Shown here piece by piece: positions 19,163-26,345 of a stretch of 33,925 nt of DNA. The notes beneath the pieces were generated by a model. That model saw nothing but the letters and a program-made list of their open reading frames with translations, had not been told where the DNA came from and did not search any database. The first letter of the stretch is position 1, and each line of letters opens with the position of its first letter. This DNA comes from a virus (lineage: Duplodnaviria; Caudoviricetes): positions 1-33,925 of IMG/VR virus record IMGVR_UViG_3300022886_000001, one strand, 5' to 3'. Both the position numbers and the translations under genes were made by a program.

Positions 19163-19390
19163 TTAATTTGTCTGGAATTGAGGATAGAGACTTAGGCATT
19201 TAAAATGAGTGCCGTATTTTAATTCATCAAAATTGATAGAATTTAAAACAAATTCTGGACAATTCTCAAGATAATAATCAGTTTGAAATAAACCTGTTTT
19301 ATCCTTAGAGATGGATTTCCAGAATTTACCTATCAATTCTCCACATGACTTACAATAAATTAATTTAGATTGTTGTTCATTGCAAGTCAT
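19163..19390 (-). CDS. Small CxxC...HxxC putative zinc-binding protein (paralog A)
   Basis: CKSC...HFKC; GGAG RBS; 4-nt overlap with the upstream paralog. Confidence 0.65.
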   Translation of the reverse strand: MTCNEQQSKLIYCKSCGELIGKFWKSISKDKTGLFQTDYYLENCPEFVLNSINFDELKYGTHFKCLSLYPQFQTN

Positions 19391-19587
19391 AATTTTTCTC
19401 CAAAGAGATGATTGAATCTTTCTATTTTGGCCAAAGTGTCAGTTAAGCAATTCCAATGTAGGCCTGAAGATAGATTGTCGAATTTAAAAGAATTTAGAAT
19501 AACATTGTCTGGAACTAAACTATTGGAATAAAAAGTTCCAATTGGTTTATGACACACTGCACAATGAATGGATTTTGGTTGTGTCAT
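19387..19587 (-). CDS. Small CxxC...HxxC putative zinc-binding protein (paralog B)
   Basis: CAVC...HWNC; aligns with 19163..19390. Confidence 0.65.
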   Translation of the reverse strand: MTQPKSIHCAVCHKPIGTFYSNSLVPDNVILNSFKFDNLSSGLHWNCLTDTLAKIERFNHLFGEKL

Positions 19588-19610
19588 TATTATTAAGGCT
19601 TGTTAATGTG

Positions 19611-19652
19611 ATTGGTGTAAGTGTTAACCTAAAACTGCCGAAATTGGACAAT
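19611..19652 (-). promoter_or_regulatory. Putative late promoter, copy 3
   Basis: TTGTCCAATTTCGGC-N13-CACTTACA upstream of the operon leading to terminase. Confidence 0.7.
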
Positions 19653-19663
19653 TATTTTTTTTC

Positions 19664-19734
19664 TGTTAAGTACATTAAGGATTGTTAAGGAATTGTTAAG
19701 ACTGTTAATCAATTTTGTTAAGAAGTCTGTTAAG
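19664..19734. repeat. Array of seven TGTTAAG-like direct repeats at 9-13 bp spacing
   Basis: Copies start at 19664, 19673 (CATTAAG), 19683, 19694, 19703 (TGTTAAT), 19716, 19728. Confidence 0.8.
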
Positions 19735-19810
19735 CATTTTTAGAAGGTTGACTTCTACTGATTGAAGTTTATTTAATTGTGATAGTTGTGGAAAAATTTT
19801 ATTAATTAAT

Positions 19811-19990
19811 TTAAACATGTTGATCCTTATTGAGTTCAGCACTAACCAATTGAATATTAATTTGGTTAGCAGTTTCAGCAGTGTTGATTTCACATTGAGG
19901 ATTTCTTTTAATAAAATCTACAATGAAATTACGTAACTCATCACGTTGAGCTTTTGGAAGAATGCTATGTTGGTGATTTACCCAGTTCAT
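19811..19990 (-). CDS. Hypothetical 59-aa protein (not in ORF track)
   Basis: ATG 19990 to TAA 19811: MNWVNHQHSILPKAQRDELRNFIVDFIKRNPQ...; weak RBS. Confidence 0.45.
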   Translation of the reverse strand: MNWVNHQHSILPKAQRDELRNFIVDFIKRNPQCEINTAETANQINIQLVSAELNKDQHV

Positions 19991-20026
19991 ATAATTTATG
20001 TCTTAGTATTGATATATTTTGATAAT

Positions 20027-20374
20027 TTATTTTGCTGATTGTAGTTTTTTTACTTGGACGCTTAATTCTTCAATTTTGTCATTGGCTTGGTTCAATTTAC
20101 TATTAAGAGTGGAGATGGTCTGTTTCAGTAATTTAATAGTTTCTTTTAAAGAATTGATGGTTTCTAAATTATTAATATCTTCAACAAAAAGTTGAGGTAG
20201 GGCGTTTTTTAATAATTGTTCAGTGGTATAATTTTTTGAGCCAACTTTAATCAAAACCTCTATTTTCCTAGATATTTCTAATTTTCTTAATAATTGAACA
20301 GTTTTTCTTTCTGGCCGATAAGTTGTAATATTTAGTAATTTAGCGGTTTGACTCATGCTCAATAATTTATCCAC
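20027..20374 (-). CDS. Putative DNA-binding protein (MerR/Xis-like HTH plus C-terminal coiled coil)
   Basis: LLSMSQTAKLLNI N-terminus; heptad-rich C-terminus; AAGGA RBS, GTG start. Confidence 0.55.
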   Translation of the reverse strand: MDKLLSMSQTAKLLNITTYRPERKTVQLLRKLEISRKIEVLIKVGSKNYTTEQLLKNALPQLFVEDINNLETINSLKETIKLLKQTISTLNSKLNQANDKIEELSVQVKKLQSAK

Positions 20375-20383
20375 ATTGTCCTT

Positions 20384-20407
20384 AGTGGTACGCTAGTACC
20401 TAGCAGT
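20384..20407 (-). repeat. 24-bp element ACTGCTAGGTACTAGCGTACCACT, copy 1
   Basis: Exact reverse complement of 25658-25681. Confidence 0.92.
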
Positions 20408-20409
20408 AA

Positions 20410-20934
20410 CTAGCAGTGTTTGGGATTGTTTTTCATTATTTCTACATAGGCTGTAATAGCTTCATTGTGTAATCTAGTTACTTCCTTTTGAAGACCATGT
20501 TTAATAGAACGAAATTCTTTTTTAATTTTATCAGTGGAATCAAAAGCTAATAGATTTTTTTGTAATTTCTTGCCTAGTTTAGTTAAAGGTATTACTCCAA
20601 CTCCTGGTCCAAATTCTTTAGCTAATTCTGAATCATATTGTTTTTCTTCGTAATAAGCCTCTAGAATAACTTTATTACGTGCTGAGAGTTGTTGATAGTT
20701 TCTTAGGATATTGCGATTCTTACCAGTAGCTGCAAGAATATCATAAGCTGTAGTAGTGTTTTTAGACAATTCAATAAAAGATTGTAGATCAACCTCATCT
20801 TGATGCTTGGTAGAATATTTTGAAGCCAAGATGAAAGCAGCCATGGTTGAATGAAAGCCCATCTCTGAGTCTGATTGATAAAAAAGCCATTCAAGTTCTG
20901 AGATGGCTTTTTCTGTTGGAGTGTGTTTTTTCAT
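20410..20934 (-). CDS. Hypothetical protein, candidate late-transcription regulator
   Basis: 174 aa, helical; at the early/late boundary; LSARNKVILEAYY...LAKEF loosely resembles sigma region 4/Q-like HTH. Confidence 0.45.
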   Translation of the reverse strand: MKKHTPTEKAISELEWLFYQSDSEMGFHSTMAAFILASKYSTKHQDEVDLQSFIELSKNTTTAYDILAATGKNRNILRNYQQLSARNKVILEAYYEEKQYDSELAKEFGPGVGVIPLTKLGKKLQKNLLAFDSTDKIKKEFRSIKHGLQKEVTRLHNEAITAYVEIMKNNPKHC

Positions 20935-20987
20935 AATTTATCCTTTCTAAATATTATAATAAGATAATGACAGAAAGGATAAATTAT
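20933..20987 (-). promoter_or_regulatory. Perfect 16-bp inverted repeat sequestering the RBS and start codon of the 20934 gene
   Basis: ATAATTTATCCTTTCT (20933-20948) / AGAAAGGATAAATTAT (20972-20987). Confidence 0.75.
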
Positions 20988-20992
20988 TTTAA

Positions 20993-21295
20993 CTAAATTT
21001 TGCTTTTTATTTCTTCAAGAACAGTTTTAAAGCATTCTGTATGAAAATGTTTATAAACACCAACATCTGAATCTGGTGTTGCATGGCAAACAGAATTATG
21101 AACAAATGTTAATTCCTCATTATGGGTGGTTTTTTCAAATTCTCCACTCCAAACACTAACCATTCCTGCTGTAACTTTTGAACCTTCTATCATTTCTTTT
21201 TTGCAATAATCACAATGAAATATAATAGTAGTTCTAGTTTCTTCACTAAGAGGTTTATTATTTTTTTCAACGGTCATTTTCATTACTGTTTTCAT
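20993..21295 (-). CDS. Small CxxC...HxxC putative zinc-binding protein
   Basis: CDYC...HTEC. Confidence 0.6.
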   Translation of the reverse strand: MKTVMKMTVEKNNKPLSEETRTTIIFHCDYCKKEMIEGSKVTAGMVSVWSGEFEKTTHNEELTFVHNSVCHATPDSDVGVYKHFHTECFKTVLEEIKSKI

Positions 21296-21308
21296 TTTTT
21301 TTTCTTTC

Positions 21309-21581
21309 TTAATTGAGTTTTCGGTTAGGTTCTGGTTTGACTGTTATTGGAGCTTCTTCCATATCTTTAACTAAAGAATCCCAAATTGCAGTCATCATAT
21401 AGAGAAAGTCTTGTTTATTATTGCCTGAAGCTAAAACTGTTTGTGCAGTCATTCCAGCACAGCCAAAGGTAACTTCTGCTAAAACACTTCGGTTGGGAAA
21501 TTGATCAATAATTTTGTCAACTAAAGTGGTTAAATGATCTTCTACAACATCCATAATTTCATTGTTAATTGCTAATTTCAT
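21309..21581 (-). CDS. Hypothetical protein
   Basis: 90 aa helical ORF in the operon. Confidence 0.6.
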   Translation of the reverse strand: MKLAINNEIMDVVEDHLTTLVDKIIDQFPNRSVLAEVTFGCAGMTAQTVLASGNNKQDFLYMMTAIWDSLVKDMEEAPITVKPEPNRKLN

Positions 21582-21606
21582 AACTAAATGATTTATTATG
21601 CCTAGA

Positions 21607-21999
21607 TTATTTAATATTTTTTCTAGCTATATTACATTTTACACAGACCGGAACTATATTTCCCTCTACATAACCTTTAGAACGATCTTGGCGATATAAA
21701 CCAATAGCAAACTCATTTAATCTTCTAAACTTATCCTGACAAAAATGACAAGGTTGATTGACTATTTTATAATATATTTCTTCCGTTAAATCAAATTCTA
21801 CTTTTCTACTTCTAGCTTTAACTATTGCTATTTGAAAACGATGTGATATTTTATATTTTAAAACTTTGCTAGCATTAATAATTTTATAATTTCTTTGATA
21901 GTTAATTGATTTTATTGACTTTTTTTCTGCTCTAGTTAACTTTTTCTCTTTTATTGGTTTATAACTTCTAATTAAATTATCAATAAAATCATCAAACAT
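21607..21999 (-). CDS. HNH/His-Me-finger endonuclease-like protein
   Basis: ARSRKVEFDLT...PCHFC...SKGYVEGNIVPVCVKCN. Confidence 0.75.
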   Translation of the reverse strand: MFDDFIDNLIRSYKPIKEKKLTRAEKKSIKSINYQRNYKIINASKVLKYKISHRFQIAIVKARSRKVEFDLTEEIYYKIVNQPCHFCQDKFRRLNEFAIGLYRQDRSKGYVEGNIVPVCVKCNIARKNIK

Positions 22000-22120
22000 T
22001 ATTATAATCCTTAATTGTTTTATTTCTTTTGTATCGTTTTTTATTCTTCATTCTGCCGGCTTTTCTGACCAGCGCCAGTAAGCCAAAGGAATTGCGGATA
22101 ATTAATTTAGGTAATTTCAT
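21992..22120 (-). CDS. Small very basic 42-aa protein (not in ORF track)
   Basis: MKLPKLIIRNSFGLLALVRKAGRMKNKKRYKRNKTIKDYNNV*; fills the gap and overlaps both neighbours. Confidence 0.55.
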   Translation of the reverse strand: MKLPKLIIRNSFGLLALVRKAGRMKNKKRYKRNKTIKDYNNV

Positions 22121-22406
22121 ATTTTAATTTAAAGGAAACTTTGTGATTGTTTTTTAGTTTAATAATTTTACCACTAGCCTGTAATTGATCTAAAGCTTGG
22201 TAAAGAAGATTTTCAGAAGTTTTCATGGCTTTTCTAAGATCTACCAAAGTCATTGCTCCTGGAATAAGGAATTTTAAAATATCCTTTTGATAATCTCTAT
22301 AAACTTTATTAGACTTTGATTGATTCTTTAAAGCTTCATCTACCGCTTTTTTGATTAATACTTCTAGTTGCTCTTGACAGATGAAAGAAACATTTAAATT
22401 TGTCAT
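22107..22406 (-). CDS. Winged-helix DNA-binding protein
   Basis: ILKFL..GAMTLVDLRKAM..SENLLYQALDQLQASGKI pattern. Confidence 0.65.
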   Translation of the reverse strand: MTNLNVSFICQEQLEVLIKKAVDEALKNQSKSNKVYRDYQKDILKFLIPGAMTLVDLRKAMKTSENLLYQALDQLQASGKIIKLKNNHKVSFKLKYEIT

Positions 22407-22427
22407 GGTAGTTTTTCTTTCTTTAAA

Positions 22428-23807
22428 TTACATTGCAGCTAAAGCGCCACGTTCAGTTAATGAAATATTTTTTTCTCTTTTGTTAGTAGGATTAACTTCT
22501 TCTTTAATAAATTCTTCATCAATCATCATTTTAATTTCATTACTGATAGACATATCTCTGCCGATTACTTTGCTTTTAAGATCTGTTTTATTCATAACTT
22601 TAGCAGCTAGTAAGGCGGCTAAAATTTGGTCTCTAATGGTAGTTTTTACTGATTCGCACTCTAAAAGACTAATCTCTACTTTAGAAGTTTTGTTAATATT
22701 TTCTAGAAATTCTCCTGTTTCTTCATATTTATAATGAATTGGAGCAAATTGAGCAAGACGACCTTTTGGGCAACAGAGTTTTAATTCTGAAGTACCTTCC
22801 TCTCGTTCTAGTGTCCACATAGCTCCACAAGCTCCTACTAAAGCGCTAGAACCTCTTAGAGCATCAATTCCTTTAGAACCCACTCCACCTTTACCAGCGT
22901 GGGCAATAAAAAGAATAGCACAGTTAGTCTCTTCAGAAACTCTGTTGGTTAAAGCGATAACACTTGATGATTCACTGCCATTTTCTTCTCCATCATAACT
23001 AGCTCTTAAACTATCGATAATACAAAGAGTACGACCTTTACAAATTGTTTTTAGATTTTCGTAAGCATTATCTTGATTAAGTTTCCAATTAGGTTGTTCA
23101 TAATGTAAATCACCTTTCTTCCAAATAAAATCTACACCATTAGCTAATCTTTTGTAACCCATTTTGGTTAATGCTGAATTTGAATCCCAGTTTAAATGAG
23201 CAACTTTACCTTGACGTTGAATGGTATATTTTCCAAAGACTGGTTTTCCGGACATGACGCATAGAGCTAAATGACTGGCTAGATAAGTTTTACCAGCTCC
23301 TGATTCAGCTGTAAGAACAAAAGAGTCTCCAGGTACTAAACCTAATTCTCGACAGACCCAATCAAAATGCATATCTTCTAATTTATCTGAACCATCCCAA
23401 TCCTCTCCAGCTGAAGGAGGAGCTAGGAAATTATCAATGGCATTTTCAATCATAATTTGTTCACCTGGTTCTAATCCTAATTTACCAGGAAGGAAATTTA
23501 ATAAATGTACTCGGCGTTGATCTAAAGCTTTGTCTCTTTTGCTTTTGGCCGCATAAGCTTTATAGGCAGCATCACTAATATAAGGAGCTAAAAAGTATCT
23601 AACTGAATTCTCAATAGTTTCTTTTTTATGCCAGAATCTAGAAGCTTGATTATTAACATGACGCTCTAAAGCTTTTAATTCATGATCTTCAATTTGATTT
23701 GGAGATTTTAAATTGAGTTTACCAACAACCTCTTCTTCATTTCTTTCAAAGTTAACAAATTCATTGAGGTCGTTATCTGATTCATCTTGGTAGTTATTTT
23801 GATTCAT
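22428..23807 (-). CDS. RecA-family (AAA_25/RepA-like) helicase with C-terminal winged helix
   Basis: Walker A AESGAGKT, Walker B IIDS, IAHAGK, LRGSSAL motifs; C-terminal NKREKNISLTERG (MarR-type wing). Confidence 0.85.
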   Translation of the reverse strand: MNQNNYQDESDNDLNEFVNFERNEEEVVGKLNLKSPNQIEDHELKALERHVNNQASRFWHKKETIENSVRYFLAPYISDAAYKAYAAKSKRDKALDQRRVHLLNFLPGKLGLEPGEQIMIENAIDNFLAPPSAGEDWDGSDKLEDMHFDWVCRELGLVPGDSFVLTAESGAGKTYLASHLALCVMSGKPVFGKYTIQRQGKVAHLNWDSNSALTKMGYKRLANGVDFIWKKGDLHYEQPNWKLNQDNAYENLKTICKGRTLCIIDSLRASYDGEENGSESSSVIALTNRVSEETNCAILFIAHAGKGGVGSKGIDALRGSSALVGACGAMWTLEREEGTSELKLCCPKGRLAQFAPIHYKYEETGEFLENINKTSKVEISLLECESVKTTIRDQILAALLAAKVMNKTDLKSKVIGRDMSISNEIKMMIDEEFIKEEVNPTNKREKNISLTERGALAAM

Positions 23808-23915
23808 TTGATTTTCCTTAGTTTGGAAGTCTGTTTGTGATGACTTCTATTATTATGTCTAGGAAATCATAGAACTCATAAAAAAAGTTAAAATAAATGA
23901 AAAAAAAGTTTTGAC

Positions 23916-24330
23916 TATAATCCCATTCCCGGTGTGATAAATAACTACATATCCTACTTTGGAATAAAATTCTTACATACAGACCAGAACCGGAGGAGAA
24001 TTAAATAAATTCATTTTTCCTAAATTAGAATACAACTCCTTCAAATTCCCGGGATTTTAGTCCTTTTACAGGAACCTATCTTGAGCACATATATAACGTT
24101 AGTTATATGTGTGCGAAGGTTTGATGTTGTTGAGATACTATTCCCATATTTATTCTCTAAGGAGTGGTATAAAAAGGAGTAGTATCCAATGTGTTACAAA
24201 GTAACTCGAAGTAGTACTCTGTGGTAGATGTGATCTGACTCCGTTCTCCTCTCCTCTGTATAAGGAATTTCTTTTCAAATGGCCGAAGGCCTTAGATGTG
24301 GTAGTTTATTAGCCCGGGAACGGGATTATA
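23916..24330. promoter_or_regulatory. Nested inverted-repeat control region (candidate origin / divergent switch)
   Basis: Outer arms 23916-23932 / 24314-24330 (16/17 match), further inner arm pairs, central hairpin 24085-24114. Confidence 0.6.
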
Positions 24331-24391
24331 ATTTATATATTAATTAAAAAAATAATTTCAAAAAAACTATCAATTATAAATTATTTGATAT

Positions 24392-24922
24392 GTGAAAGAT
24401 AATAATTCATTTAATCAAATTCAATATTCTCCTCCTTTAGTTTCTTTAAATCCTTTAGGTTCCCTAAAAGAAGTTAAACCAGAACGTAACTCTTGGCGAG
24501 ATGAATGGATTAGCAATCGCCACCGTGAGTTTGGCTGGGACGCTCCAATGACTGATTTAGACTTTCCCGCCTTGGAATATAATAAAGGCGTTCCAGTGGC
24601 TTTAATTGAGTATAAACACTATAAAGCTAAAGTTACTCTTAATCATCCCAGCATGAAAGCTATGACTTGGATGGCTGACAAATGTGAAATTCCATTCTTC
24701 ACAGTAATTTATTATCCAGAATTTAATAATTACTATGTTATTCCAATGAATACTTGTGCTAGCCAAGTTCCGCATTGTGAGATTTCTAGAATTTGGTCTG
24801 AGAAAAACTATGTTAAAATGCTTTACTGGTTAAGAAAAGTTACTTGTCCTCCAGAAATTTTAATCAAAATGAAAACTAATCTCTTGCCAGATTATGCTGA
24901 ACCCATGACCATCATCGAATAA
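24392..24922 (+). CDS. PD-(D/E)xK-like nuclease-fold protein
   Basis: MTDLDF...VALIEYK catalytic-type motif; start codon uncertain. Confidence 0.6.
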   Translation: MKDNNSFNQIQYSPPLVSLNPLGSLKEVKPERNSWRDEWISNRHREFGWDAPMTDLDFPALEYNKGVPVALIEYKHYKAKVTLNHPSMKAMTWMADKCEIPFFTVIYYPEFNNYYVIPMNTCASQVPHCEISRIWSEKNYVKMLYWLRKVTCPPEILIKMKTNLLPDYAEPMTIIE

Positions 24923-24930
24923 GGAAAAGA

Positions 24931-25080
24931 ATGAAACTTACCAATAAGAAATTTGTTTTTATACTTGCTTTACAACTTTCCAGTCTGATTGTAAATTGCA
25001 CCAATTGTTTTTTTTATTTGACTGAGCAGCCAAAAACCACTATATTCTTCCTCGATCAAGACGGAAAAAACAAGTCTTGA
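24931..25080 (+). CDS. Possible 49-aa small lipoprotein (not in ORF track)
   Basis: AAGGA RBS; MKLTNKKFVFILALQLSSLIVNC signal-like N-terminus; overlaps a promoter so may be a remnant. Confidence 0.4.
   Translation: MKLTNKKFVFILALQLSSLIVNCTNCFFYLTEQPKTTIFFLDQDGKNKS
25018..25046 (+). promoter_or_regulatory. Sigma70-type promoter for the lipoprotein genes
   Basis: TTGACT-N17-TATATT, 47 nt upstream of the ATG at 25094. Confidence 0.7.
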
Positions 25081-25093
25081 AGGAGAATAAATT

Positions 25094-25525
25094 ATGTTAA
25101 ATAAAAAATCTTTTATCTTTATTGCATCTTCTTTGCTTGCTGCTTGTGGTACTATTGATTCCCAAAATCTTTTTTGTAATCCTGATGGAGATTTTTTCGA
25201 TCAATGTTCTTCTATTGGAGGAGCAGGCGATTCGGGTGATAGAGGTTATCATTATTCAGAACCGAATTCTAAACCAGAAAAGTGTTCTACCATAATGTGT
25301 CCTAATTTAACTGAATGTACTTGGGCAGATGATGGATGTGGTAATTTAGTTTATTGTGATAAATATAGTGAACCTTTAATGATCTGTAGTAAGAGTTATG
25401 GTGATACTGTTTATTGTTATTTTTCTAATTGTGAACAAAATAATTGTTCTGTGGTAGATATAGGGTGTTTTAATTATAATGCTATTGGAATCTGTGGTTC
25501 AGAAGAAAAATGCAAAATTCCTTAA
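25094..25525 (+). CDS. Cysteine-rich lipoprotein 1
   Basis: AAGGAG RBS; lipobox LAAC; many Cys; shares FFDQCSSIGGA with 25644..26129. Confidence 0.8.
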   Translation: MLNKKSFIFIASSLLAACGTIDSQNLFCNPDGDFFDQCSSIGGAGDSGDRGYHYSEPNSKPEKCSTIMCPNLTECTWADDGCGNLVYCDKYSEPLMICSKSYGDTVYCYFSNCEQNNCSVVDIGCFNYNAIGICGSEEKCKIP

Positions 25526-25584
25526 TCCATAATCAGGAAAAATATTAGCGTTATAGTAATAATTCCTTATTAATTATGTTGAAT

Positions 25585-25616
25585 AAAAAAAAGGAGGGTT
25601 GAAATTTCAACCCTCC
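25585..25616 (-). terminator. Perfect 24-bp palindrome GGAGGGTTGAAATTTCAACCCTCC with minus-strand U-tract
   Basis: Palindrome 25593-25616 preceded by A8 on the + strand. Confidence 0.75.
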
Positions 25617-25643
25617 ACAATTAATCACAATTAATAAGGAACT

Positions 25644-26129
25644 ATGAAAAACATTACACTGCTAGGTACTAGCGTACCACTTATCACATCAATCTTATTT
25701 TGTTCGTCTGTTATTTTTTCCTTAGGTTGTTCTGACTGCCCAGAATCAAATTTATTACTTGATGGTTTTTTTGATCAATGTTCATCCATTGGTGGTGCTG
25801 AAAAAGAAAGAGACATCACTTTTGCCAGACCTGAAGTGGTAGATCCTACATCTAATTGTCTGACTTGCGATGAAGTTCCAGCTTGTACTGGATTAGGCTA
25901 TAAAGAAGTTTGCGGAGGCTTAATCACTGGACAAGGTACTATTTGCGATAACAATCAACAACCAATCACTGGAACTGGATGTATCACTTATGGCGATAAA
26001 GGATATTGCTATAGCGATAATTGTGGTCCAGAAACCAATCTTTGTGATGTTATTCCTGTAGATTGTCCAGCTTTTGATTTTTCTAAAATTTGTGGCACAA
26101 TAGAGCAATGCCCACCAGGTACTTTTTAA
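25644..26129 (+). CDS. Cysteine-rich lipoprotein 2
   Basis: AAGGA RBS; SLGC lipobox-like; paralog of 25094..25525 (FFDQCSSIGGA, YGDxxYCY, ICG..E.C). Confidence 0.8.
   Translation: MKNITLLGTSVPLITSILFCSSVIFSLGCSDCPESNLLLDGFFDQCSSIGGAEKERDITFARPEVVDPTSNCLTCDEVPACTGLGYKEVCGGLITGQGTICDNNQQPITGTGCITYGDKGYCYSDNCGPETNLCDVIPVDCPAFDFSKICGTIEQCPPGTF
25658..25681 (+). repeat. 24-bp element, copy 2, inside the signal-peptide coding region
   Basis: Identical to the reverse complement of 20384-20407; encodes LLGTSVP. Confidence 0.92.
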
Positions 26130-26135
26130 TTTAAA

Positions 26136-26336
26136 TCAACCAGGATCAGGAGGACCATTTGGACCCAAACTGACCTCAACTTTTTTGCTTGATTTAACTT
26201 TGCTTAAAATTACTAGAAGGTCATAGAGACTCATTGTAGCTTTATGACCTTTTCTTAATTCTTGAGCTACCTCTTTATCTAAGGAAACTTCCATGCTGAT
26301 TGAAACCGGAACTGATTCTGTTAATGAAAATGACAT
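26136..26336 (-). CDS. Small hypothetical protein ending GPNGPPDPG (start revised to 26336)
   Basis: GGAG-N5-ATG; 66 aa. Confidence 0.5.
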   Translation of the reverse strand: MSFSLTESVPVSISMEVSLDKEVAQELRKGHKATMSLYDLLVILSKVKSSKKVEVSLGPNGPPDPG

Positions 26337-26345
26337 AAGGACTCC

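Noticed and set aside
19664-19734. CRISPR array
   Set aside because: Repeats are 7 bp with 2-6 bp gaps; no spacer structure and no cas genes
24085-24114. N15-like telomere resolution site
   Set aside because: Only a superficial GCACA...TGTGC resemblance; centre is not palindromic and no protelomerase is encoded
24189-24227. 12-codon ORF MCYKVTRSSTLW after AAGGAG
   Set aside because: The AAGGAG belongs to a three-copy repeat; no other coding evidence
20408-25657. Confirmed invertible segment between the 24-bp inverted copies
   Set aside because: No serine or tyrosine recombinase recognised; kept only as an alternative hypothesis
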